Part shown: one piece after another, positions 1-11,718 of the stretch
Layout: every line of letters starts with the position of its first letter
Numbering within the stretch: the first letter of the stretch is position 1
Source of the DNA: Trichoplax adhaerens
Lineage: Eukaryota > Animalia > Placozoa
Reading direction: 5' to 3'
Assembly (NCBI RefSeq): GCF_000150275.1
Contig: NW_002060953.1
Location: 1,151,693 to 1,215,692 of the forward strand
Length of the DNA: 64,000 nucleotides
The notes under the pieces: generated by a model
What the model saw: only the letters and a program-made list of their open reading frames with translations
What the model was told of the DNA's origin: nothing
The model's database searches: none
Program-made: the position numbers and the translations under genes

Positions 1-80
1 AATATCCTAACACCGGAGTATTTCTATCGGTAAGACATTGACTAAAACATTGTTACTTTCTCTTGTTCTTATAACAGTAT

Positions 81-720
81 CAATTTAGACGGATATCATA
101 AAACAGCTTTGCAACAAGATAGCGTAATGTATGATCGATAAGTCAATTCCTTAAACCACGTATCAAGGAACGATATCTGCACTATTAGGAACACTTTTGC
201 TGTACTAGTAAACTACACAAAGACTTAGACGCCTCGTATTTTACGTTAAACCATAAGTTTAAGAACTAACTTTATTATACGTTTAATGCATTTGGTATTC
301 TTCCTCAATAGTTCATGAATCATAATTGGTACGATTAGCTTTGGATACATTCACTGAATAAGATAATAATTTTAGCTATTTTTCTCTAAAAATGCAGACA
401 ACTGTACTTACAAACATAGATATCTGATGGCTAATACAGAATAGTCAGATTACGATATATCCTATCACGAGATATTTCCACGATAATTTAAAATCCACCA
501 TAAGTAAGTTACAATCACAATGTTTCGAACTGTAAGTAGATAATTTGCATTCTCTAATATAACTATTAATTTCGATATATACTAGGTTACGGTCATAAAA
601 AGCCAGTGCTACATTAAAACACGGTATATCCAAATTAGAAGTTAACTAAATACGGATAGGCTAACAAAGTTATCCTAACATAGATATTTCTACTCTAATG
701 AAGTATATAACACTGTCACA
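81..720. repeat. Left arm of a ~640-bp diverged inverted repeat
   Basis: Reverse complement aligns along its length with ~5232-5878, e.g. accacgtatcaaggaacgatatc vs gatatcgttccttgatacgtggt. ORFs 445..633(-) and 5319..5510(+) are homologous for this reason. Confidence 0.9.
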
Positions 721-3700
721 ACGGATAAGACATTAGCTAATCATCCAATATCTTGTCGATATAATGAAGAGTCTTGTTTAATTTTTACTACTGTAGATGA
801 AGCATTATTTTAATTATATACCATTGAATTTACACACTTAGAAACTAAGCAACTATTAATTAATTCCGATTATCATAGCCTTACAGCTATTATCTAAAAT
901 TTTACTAAGTAAAGATTTTGTATTATATAAGCTCCATTATTGCATGAATAGATTAAATTATTATCTAATCGATATCGTGCATATATTGATCATATTCCAA
1001 GAATCTTTCATCAAATGCGACAATATTGGTTCTCTTTTAATTGTGCATGTAAGATTAGTATTATTACTTCAAACAATACATCGGTACAAGAATTTGAACA
1101 AAAATGAATTATTTTGGTTTTGTGCTATAAAGAATATAGTTTGATGTTTATTGAATTTTACATATGTGTTAACAATACAACCACAAAAAACGTTCTTATT
1201 CCTAATGACAGAATTTTATTTGCAATACTTTCATCCAAATAACTAACTAAGGTTCTTAATTTTAAATTCTTCAATTAAACCCATCTTTTCCTCGATAATG
1301 CGAGAAAAACTTTCTAAACTTGGATAGAATCACTGCCCTATATAATAGTGCATCTTTAGAAAATGTATTTATAAAAGATTTAAATTATTCTTACAACACT
1401 GCAAAGAATAATCGTTCTCAGTTAATAAAGCTAGCGGTAAATTTCAGATTATGGTAATAACATTAAAATATCAATGGATTAATTTTATTTTAGTATTTTT
1501 AACCTAGATAAAGTATTTAATTTTTGTTAAGATGTTTTTACCTTTTTGATGCCATTGTGACATCATATTTATCCAATACAGTTTTGAGCATTGTATAAAT
1601 TTATTAACTTTAATACAATACAACAATAAAGCGATAATATTGACTAATCCTTAATATTATTGTATTATTATAATTGGAGGAATTGTTACTAAAATTGTTG
1701 TCCTTGCGCTCCTTTTACATATTCATATAATTACCTTAAGCATAAACAATGTCTATCTATAATTAATGCTATGTTCAAATTTGTCAGTCATGATGATCTA
1801 AAAATATGACGATATAAACTGAACTACAATTGTCAAAACTATCAATGCCATGCAAGATGCTATAGTTTAAATGGTCGTAATCATGTCAGCATTTATATTA
1901 TTCATTATTGATTAAAATCGGTATGTATATTTTCAAGGTGATGTCACGTTAGTATTCTGACGGATTAATTAATGTTTGACTTTGAAATGAAGGTAATAGC
2001 TATCAACAGAGTAGCCCGTTTAATTGTCGGACAATAATTTTTTCTTTTAAAATTATTAGTCTTTGTCGATAGGCAAATTGGTTCTGTTATCCTAAATAAC
2101 TGCGTCTTAATCATGAGTAAAGATATAATAGGATAAAAGGATGTGAGATATTGATATTACTTGTGGTTATCGATTCTGAATCTGCACACGTATCTTGGTA
2201 GTAGCTAGGGATTAATTGTATATTATATTAAGGGGAAAAGTCTGCTGGTATTATTAAAAACTAGATGCATAAACCCAGTCATAACTGCATTTACATCCAA
2301 TAAATTGGTAATTACTAAAAATTTTCCAGTATATCCATAGTAATTGTAAAAAATACATTACTCAAGGCCTAAGAAGGCCTTCCATTCTATGTAATGATAC
2401 CTTTACTTAAGTAGCAACTTTAAAATCATACATGCGAGTAGAACGTTAGTTTAAATCCTGGGTTGATTCACATTGTTTAGTGAATGTCTACGCTAGTAAT
2501 TATTCTAACTATTGCTATAATAGATAAACCGTTGACGGAATAAATCTAAATGCAGCCTTCGCTGACTGAAAGTAGTACATTCGGTATTAGAAGCTAATTT
2601 AAAGCAGATTTTTTAATGTGTACTAAACTGTATAGTACAAACTAAAAGCTAAATTTGGGCTAGCTGCATTTTAACAGCCATGAAATTAAATTCCATCCTT
2701 TATAATTGTATTATTGATCACCAAATAACATTGAGGTAGTTAAAAATTAATTGATAGGATCATGTACTTGATCTATTCTATCATGTCCTGTCATATTTTT
2801 ATAGTAAATTCCGGAGAAATTTAATTCGGTTACAGATATTGTAGTTCAAAATTCTATTTTCTTCTGTTAACAAATTTTTTCAGAAGTAATCTTATAAATT
2901 GCTTATACCAGCTACTAATTGCGCATAGCTCGAAGCTAGATAAGTATAGATCTGTAGCGGTGTCAAGATCACCATTATGCATAAATAAGTCGTATGGATC
3001 TGTCACACACCACTAGCGACAGAGTAAATCTACAGAAGCTAAGGCTCACAAAGAACGCCTTCTACTGACTTAAAGAGACGAGATTAGCTACATCACCTAA
3101 TAGTTCAGTTCCTACGATCGAATAATATAGTATAGCGATAGCATCACTGACAGTATAGACGACGTAGTCAGAGAATTACTACTATTTATTACTGAAGAAA
3201 TCTTGATAACCCAGATTATAGTCTTGGTAAATCAATAACAATTGATAAATTATTTCACAAACTAACCGACTAACAAACTAAAAAAGTGGTTTTCAGGCAT
3301 CAGCCTTTTACAGCCTCATTAGAAACTCCTGATGCACATAATGTAACACTATCCTTGTAATACTAATTCATTTTCCAGTATAGGAAAGTAAATTAGTTAT
3401 AAACCTAATTTATGAAGGAGCGAAAAGGTCAGATTTTGATCTGGCCATGCCTACCTCGAGTTACATACGTGTGTAACAACTACTCTTTGCCTAAGTTAAA
3501 TCTTCTTTCAATTAAATCCTGTAACCCTAGCTAAAGATGAAATAGTCTTCATTACAATTTGGAGAGTTTCGCGTACATCAGTTAGAATAAAGAATAGTAC
3601 AACACATGGCATTTCTTCTTCGCGATCTCCAATCGTTACACCTCTTCAAATGCCTCTTATATATCTAGCTATTTATTCCAAAATCATAATTATTTATTTT

Positions 3701-5231
3701 CACACATAGGTCTTATACTTCTATAGAACCTGATTCTAAGGCTCACATAAATGACGAGATCTCATATAAATTATATCCACGCTTAGCCATTAATGTGCAA
3801 ATAAAATATTTTACGAACTAATTTTGAAATATAATATAAAATGAAACAAATTCAGGCCTAAGAAATATACGATGCTCATGTCGTCTATAAGTATTAATTT
3901 CCATGTATACATATACCAAGTAACTGCTCGTGAATGTAGATAGAAGGCGTAAAAACGAAATACTTTTTACCATGAAGAGAATTCATTATTTTATCATTTA
4001 CGCTTAAGGAGGTCTATAACATTTCTGCCGCGAAACTTAAGGAAAAGTTCCGTCGTTAGCACGCGTAGGTAATCTTGATAAGTAGTTCGAGATAGAAGAA
4101 GACCTAGTAATATCTACAGTGTGTGTTTGCTATAAGAAGAATATATATGTTGAAGTCATACATATACATATTGACGACAGTATCACATAAAGCTGATGTG
4201 TCAGGGCTGTATAGTTTGCTATATCAATCCATTATGATGGCACTAGATTGGAGATTCCTACATTAGCATAAAGTTTGATTTTAGATCATAAGCACAATTT
4301 ATCAACTTTTGTATCTATAAGGATCTCGCCTCGTTCTATGAAGCGCGTGGTGATTTTACTAAGTCATTATGACAAGAGAAAATTGATAACTACTACAATG
4401 CTTTTCTCTCATTTAACGTCTCTGTACTAGAATATTTCTGAATATGACTAGCATAACAGAAGTAACAACCAAATGAGCTTAATACAAATACTAACTATTT
4501 GTGTGATTTTCAAAGGCTAGAACTATGTACTTTAAATATACGCTGCTGAATTATCTTAATTTATAAATGAAGAAAGGAATAAACTATCTACTATGTAATA
4601 GGATTATAATCGCAATACAACGTAGCGGTAAGCACTTATTCATAAGTACCAAAGTAATGTTAGCTTTAGTTAAAAATCTTATTTTTATCATATTTTGATG
4701 ATATTGAAATCTTTTGTAGCTTACGGTTGTACTAAAAATTTCTGTTTCTTGAAAAATTTTTCCAGTAACGTAATAGAATGATGAAGATCTTCACTAAAAA
4801 AGCCCATTAAATCTATTAGGTAGTTAGCAGATTCCGATACAGATTGCTTCTAATAAATAACTTAATCTCAGACTGTGAACATATTTTACGTTCGTGTATG
4901 CCAAAGAGCCTTATTAATTACAGGCAATCTAACTTTACCTTGAGAAATTATTCGTTTTCAGCCATCAAGAGTTATTCGTTATACATTCATCGCTGCTCTA
5001 ACTTGTACGGTATTTTTTTCCATACAATGCAGTATTGTAATAATAGACTATAATATACCGATATTTGTACATCATCATGGATAATTGATATATAAGTTCA
5101 ATGGTCTTTCGAAATTCTAGTTTTTAGTAAAGAATACAATATTAAATATTTGGTGTTGTTCTAGAAAAGTTCTCTATATTTGGTTGACGACAAAATGTAT
5201 ATTCAATAAAATAATATTAATTTAAAGCTCG

Positions 5232-5878
5232 TGTTACAGTGTTATTTACTGTATTAGAGTAGAAATATCTATGTTAGGATAATTCTGTTAGCCTATCCTT
5301 GTTTAGTTAACTTCTAATTTGGATATACTGTGTTTTAATATAGCACTGACTTTTTATGACAGTGACACTTATACGCATACTGAAATTATTAGTTATAATA
5401 GGGAATGCAAATCATCTACTTACAGCTCGAATCATTGTGATTGTAATTTACTTATGGTATATTGTAAATTATCACGGAAATGTTCCGTGATAGGACATAT
5501 CGTAATCTGACTATTCTGTATTAGTCATCACATGTCTATGTCCGTAAATACTGTTATCTGCATTAAGGGAGCAGTAGCTAAAATTAATATCTAATTCAGT
5601 AAATGATTCCAATGTTAATTGTATTAACTATGACTCATGAACTATTGAGGAATAATATATAAATGCAGCATATCGTGTAATAAAGTGGATTCTGAAACTT
5701 AGTGTTTAACGTAAAATACGAGGTGTTTAAGTCTTCGTGTAGTCTGCTAGTAGGGCAAAAGTGTTTCTGATAGTGTAGATATCGTTCCTTGATACGTGGT
5801 TCAAGGAATTAACTTATTGATCGTACGTTACGTTATCATGTTACAAAGCTGTTTTGTGACAGCTCGGTATCTAAATTT
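5232..5878. repeat. Right arm of the ~640-bp inverted repeat
   Basis: Reverse complement of 81-720 with scattered substitutions and small indels; ends estimated by eye. Confidence 0.9.
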
Positions 5879-6590
5879 GGAACTACATCCTTTTAATTCA
5901 AAACTATTTAACTAGACATAATGCCACATTTTTGAATGAAATATGAATCTTTCCGTGCAGTTAGAGCAGGTTGTCAGCTCTTCTAGAAGTTTATCTAGAT
6001 CGCTAGGCCCTAATCATTTACTAACGTATATGATAATTGTTTAGAAAATATATGTAATAATGGTTAATTTTTAGAATCTTCCTATATAACTTTGTATCAC
6101 AGTAGGTATTTTCGCTTTTAAAAGCAACTAATTTGATCTGATTTCAGTAAATTTAACCTAATATCTCAATATATTCTGAACTCCTTTATTTTGTTAGGGC
6201 TATCATTTGATAATATCAAGTAGCATTATTTTGTTAATTATTATAAATTGTGAGATTAAAATTTAACCGATATATTTAGTTAGTATAATATTTGTGCTTA
6301 AACTGTGATAAAATTTATAGCTGATTATATTTATAAAATATAGTAAAAATTTCACCTTTTATTTCTTTGCTATACGCATACAATTCTGTGCTACCGCAAA
6401 CGTTTAGATTCTAAGTTGTAGTTCGGTTGAGCTTAGTGTTTTATGTAGTTATGTACCGTATACTGTAGAAAGACGTAATTTACATTTAAATTTTGATTAT
6501 TATTAATTTGATAATTTGGAAATCTAGAAAAAATATATATATTAGAATATGTGATTATCTGCAAGTCCAATTTAGAAAGTAAATAATACT

Positions 6591-6640
6591 NNNNNNNNNN
6601 NNNNNNNNNNNNNNNNNNNNNNNNNNNNNNNNNNNNNNNN
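6591..6640. other. Assembly gap (50 N)
   Basis: Run of 50 n characters. Confidence 1.
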
Positions 6641-9600
6641 TGAAGTAGTTCCTAAATTTAAGAATAAATTCATCATATTTGATAGCTGTCAAAAGGTATA
6701 ATTCTACTCTTTCTGTAATTCTTTTATTTAATTTTATAAGATTGTGACTGAAAGCTATAATAAACTAGGACATTTTCTTTAAGTACAGCCGTAATTGGGT
6801 TTCAAAATTATTCACTGGTAAAATAATGTATCATTCATTATGCTCATGGTTGCTTTAGAGTGTATAGTCCCAAGCTTTGCACTTTATGTCGCAAAGTCAA
6901 TGAGATACAATAATTTGATATACCGTAAAGGTGCCATGATCATGAAATTGGATGCTAATATTGCTCATGAAGATGATATTTTTAATCCTAAAGAGCTATT
7001 TGCTAAAGTCATTGCCAACATTATCTGAGAAAGTGATGCAATCAAGCAAAATTTACGGAAATTGACTTTAGAAAGATACAACAATAGATCGGCATTGCTT
7101 AATGGAATACGCATATTAATATTAATAATTTGTAAAGTTAGCTGAAGATAATATGTAGCTAGCGCAATCTTTGAACAAAAATTAGACCTGGAATGCTTAA
7201 TACATATGATCAGTTTAAATATTATTCCGGCTAATAATTAATAGTAATTCTATTATGTGAGCTTTAAATCACCTAGCAATAATTGGAATTCATTCTTGAA
7301 TTTATATTTGAATTTATTTTCGGTTTAAATTGTTTAAAATGTGATTAAAGTATACTATAGCTATCAAAATAGCAGTCATGGTCGAATAATTCATTTAATA
7401 AAATCATTAGTCTATCTTTACTGAACATTTTCGATACTCATAGAACATAAGGAGGTAGTTCTTGGATCGTAAGGATGAACAAGTTTCTTTACGATTTAAC
7501 ATCTTTAAATTGACCTCATAGGCAATAACGAATTGGAAAGGTTTTAATGTTGTATATAAGTCTAATACCGAATTCTTCATTTGTTGATTTCACTAAGTGG
7601 TTAACGGTAATATGATCCCTATAAAATGAATGTATAGGAGTATACTGTTTTTATAAAACATTAATATTGTTTAACACTATCTAATTCTAAATAAACCAAA
7701 TGATACTAAGTAATTGCGTGTTTATTGTATGAAAAATCAGTGGTAAGGTATATTATATTATTTAAGTAATCAGAAACACGTACGAATATTGGCTACCAGG
7801 AGATCCTGGTGATCTGATCAAACCTTTCATTAATATAGACGTTACTTCATCAACTCAATAATTCATTTAATCCAATTTTAGGCTATATCGAAGCAAGTCT
7901 AACATGAATTATCGGTCATCTATCCATGTTACAAGCTAGGAATAGCCCTAACTTGTGATAAGAGTCGAGAGTATGATAGCTAATTTACACTACTATAAAT
8001 TGGTATACCAATCAGTTGATATTTTTGCGTAGATGTAACTAAGATTGAGCACAGTGAGGCCTCCAATCTCTCTTGGAATCACATAATCTACTTAATTGCC
8101 GGTGAGGCCGCATCTTACATAGGTTTAAGTTCCTAAAACCGGTTTAACTATACGAGTCGTCTTCTTGTCTTTTAGAAATTGGCTTAATTAATAGTATAAA
8201 GAGTCTCCATTTGCGTAAGTTCTATGCCGTCTAATCCTATTAAATTGGCTGCATTAGTATTAAATTAGTCAATTTCAAATAGTAGTTTAAATAATATGTA
8301 TTAGGCTATCCTATAAAGATAGATTATCCTAACTTGGCATATGTGCTTTCAATTTTAACATCCTTCGAGGTGATAGATTCAATTTCGTTAAAGTAGTTCG
8401 CAATTAGTGGGCAATTACTATTACAGTCTGACGTAATCCTAAATCAAGGATTACTAATACATCAACTGTTTGCCACTAAAATTACAATCAAGGAGACCGT
8501 AAACATTGCTGAAATGTTTGTATATATAGAACATAACATGAATATAATGTACTCTTAATGAAAATTAACTTTCGTTCGACCCAATTATGAAATATATTTT
8601 ATAGGACATGAGAGTTCACTTCTATTTTCTGCCTTCGATTATTGTGACGTAAGATGGCACGGGTCTATTCTATTCAGTAATAAGAATATTATTTCTCAAA
8701 CTACTAAAAATACTAATTCTAAATCAGACAATACCAAGGAGAGTATGATCTTAGGGATTGAAAGGCTCTAATTCCGCTCTATCATCTTATGCCAAAATTT
8801 TCATTAAAGAATAAAATAGTTTATTACACAAAAGTCCCTACATAAAGGTATTCTACCATATCCGCTTTAAAATATTTTCACCTTCAATGCGATTCTTTGT
8901 GATTAAAATGCGTCTAATTAATAAATGATAATAAGGAACTGATTTGTAATATTGAAACAATATATAAGACGCAACAACATTAAAAAAAATACTATTTACT
9001 AATAATAACGCAAATTAAAAAGATTTTGATAAATAAGTGGGGGCCAGAAAGAATAAGAGTGTTCTATGAACAGCTATAATTCGATTTATTCGCAAAGGTC
9101 GTTAAAAACTAATCCTTTATTTCTGTTTTGTATTATATTGCCTTTCATGGATTCTTTCTCATCTGACGGATGCTGATTGTATCTTCACAAATTCTTTCCC
9201 ATCTAACGGATACAGATTGTTTTTGAATAGAATGAGCCTGCAGTAAATGGATTTATAATCTACCAGGTTTACTCTCCACTAACTCGAAATGTGAGTTATA
9301 AAAATTTTGTAAAACTCTCGTAAGGCATAATTACTGACTATTCTACTTCCTAGTGCTACTATACTTTATGCTACTGTCGTAGCTAGCTGAAATTTCTACA
9401 AAGCTTCTAGACGAATATTCACTAAATACAATTATCAATTCTTCTCATTATATGTCCCATTTATCTTCCATTTCGTATTGATAATTCACTTTATTGAAAA
9501 TGATGCTAATAAATAGATGATTTATTAGTTAAAAATATAGTAAAACTAAATAACTTATTAAGAATAGTGTTAAAAACCACCCGGTAGGATATAATATTTC

Positions 9601-10504
9601 ATCTATAAAACGAGAGAAAGATAAGTGGAAATAATTACGTATTCGTTTAATCATTACAATCTTTAATATTTTGCTACAATTCAATTACCGCAGTATCCTA
9701 AGATGGAATTGACGATAGTTACAACAAAGATTTTAACTGAAGAGTTCCAAATCGGCTTATATAACTTATGTATATATTGATTAATATGTCTTAATTTGTC
9801 GCAATTTAAAGCTTAATAGTGAACTTGTCAATGAAATTTCAATTTAAATGATATGATTAGTATCTACTTTCCTTAAGTGAAAGATAGATGGTAAATTATG
9901 TTAATAAAGTTTAAAGAATAGTCTCAATGCAAAGAGACTAAGGATAGATAGAAATTTGAATTTGCGAGATACGGTAACTAAAGTAAAGTTCTACCAATAA
10001 CGCGAAGTATTTAATACTGAACTCAGCAAAAAAACTTATAGTCCTTAATATGTTTAGAAAGATAGATAATATTTGGTGATAGATTAATTTTGCAAAACTT
10101 ATACCATCATTCAATACTATTGCATCAAAATGTTTAAAATGCGGTACAGATATTTATTAACAAGGAGATGATAATCCAAAAAAGACTAGATAGCTCTAAA
10201 AAAGCAATAGTAAATTGAAAAGTATTTCACTAGTGCTTGTACTGCAATGGGCTATGATCATCTGCTGTAGAATTATTCTATAATTGATTTTTATTTAAAG
10301 ATTAAATTATGCGGCAGAGTTTATCAGATTAATAAATAATCTTCATCAGCAAATAAGATAGTCTCTCAAAATTTAAATTTTCATAGCGATCTGCTAGGGT
10401 AAAAGTTCATTTTTACCACAAAATCACCACGAGACTATTTTCTTAGTAGTGAGATACACGATGAAGTTAACTAAACATGATAAAAATTGATCTTTTTAAC
10501 TATG

Positions 10505-11560
10505 TTAGGTATTTTGCTGATAGTCATCGACCGTTATATGGATGCTTTTAGCGGTCGTATTGCTGGTAGTTTTTGGATGAATACACTTACAATTAACTAA
10601 CAGTTTAACAAATTCAGCACGATAGTACTGATTCGTGGAAGCGTAAATGAAGGGATTAATACATGAATTAAGTAAGATTAACAATTTGGTGGCGAAATGG
10701 CCATCATTGCCAATAAAGGCAACACCTAAATTAGCTAAAGTAAAATAGATGACATTGGGTAGCCAACACAATAAAAATGCTAACGATGTAACAGCGCAAG
10801 TTAGCGTAATTCTATTTTTAACACGATAGGCTGCTGTCGCTTTTTTATCCATATGCTGTTGTAAATTGCGAATAGTTGATCGCATATAACGCCAAATATC
10901 GGTGTAGCATGTAATGACACATGCCATGGGGAATAAAAATCGAAAGCAGAATAGGACTAAATAGATTGCGGTATTAAATGCTTGCCCACCAGGTAACGGC
11001 TGCCAAATACACGGAGGATTCTCACTAGCAACGTAATGAGATTGAAATAAATTACCAAATACTAAGAGTAAACCCCATATCCAAACACCTAGCACCGTCC
11101 ATTTTGTTCGTTTCATTGTAAAATAGCGTGCATGTAAATTCATTTTAACTACAGCATAACGCCTTTCAATGCTCAAAACACACAAGGTATACATGGAAAT
11201 AAATCCAAAACCGAATGTAAATATCTCGGATCCGATAATCATGCAAAATAATTGACCGGCTAATCCTGGTGGTGGATGAACATAAGCTTCACGTATGATA
11301 TGTTCTGGCGTCACAATAATAAATATACCCGTTAAGAAATCCACTAACGCTAAATTCCATATTAATACGCCATGGGGGAAGTTGCGAAGTTTACGGCTAT
11401 ATAAGAATAGAATAAAGACCAACAAATTGCCAACGATACATAAAATGGCAATGAGAGAAAAACCAATCTGGGTGCCAATGCCACCATTATAATTGTGCCC
11501 ACTGATATTCTCCTTTGGATCTTCCGCAGGGGAAGAATTAAAACTGATATTCATGGCCAT
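10505..11560 (-). CDS. Class A (rhodopsin-like) GPCR, peptide-receptor-like, single coding exon, 351 aa
   Basis: Seven hydrophobic segments; GN in TM1 (VGNLLV), NLALVD in TM2, Cys before TM3, ERR in place of DRY, FLLCWLP in TM6, NSCINPFIY in TM7; N-terminal N-glycosylation sequons. Confidence 0.95.
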   Translation of the reverse strand: MAMNISFNSSPAEDPKENISGHNYNGGIGTQIGFSLIAILCIVGNLLVFILFLYSRKLRNFPHGVLIWNLALVDFLTGIFIIVTPEHIIREAYVHPPPGLAGQLFCMIIGSEIFTFGFGFISMYTLCVLSIERRYAVVKMNLHARYFTMKRTKWTVLGVWIWGLLLVFGNLFQSHYVASENPPCIWQPLPGGQAFNTAIYLVLFCFRFLFPMACVITCYTDIWRYMRSTIRNLQQHMDKKATAAYRVKNRITLTCAVTSLAFLLCWLPNVIYFTLANLGVAFIGNDGHFATKLLILLNSCINPFIYASTNQYYRAEFVKLLVNCKCIHPKTTSNTTAKSIHITVDDYQQNT

Positions 11561-11572
11561 ACGATACTAATT

Positions 11573-11718
11573 CTAAATTAAAAAACAGGGTAAAAAAGTT
11601 CTTGGAGAAACCGTGGAAAGAGGAGTCCAGGAATTTGGATGGAAAAATGAAATACCTTATTGATCAATATAACGAAAACGTAACTGAGGTAAATAAGCAT
11701 TCTTAAAGTGTATTTATA
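11573..11718 (-). promoter_or_regulatory. Probable core promoter and 5'UTR intron of the minus-strand GPCR
   Basis: Minus strand: TATAAATA at 11718-11711, Inr-like TCAGTT at 11687-11682, donor AAG|GTATTT at 11655, pyrimidine-rich 83-nt intron ending TTTAG at 11573, 12 nt before the ATG. Confidence 0.5.

Noticed and set aside
445-5510. Homologous short ORFs 445..633(-) and 5319..5510(+)
   Set aside because: Both start at TTG, have no recognisable domain and are explained by the inverted repeat.
9152-9220. 29-bp imperfect direct repeat (also a 14-bp duplication near 15364-15392)
   Set aside because: Ordinary slippage-scale duplications with no further structure.
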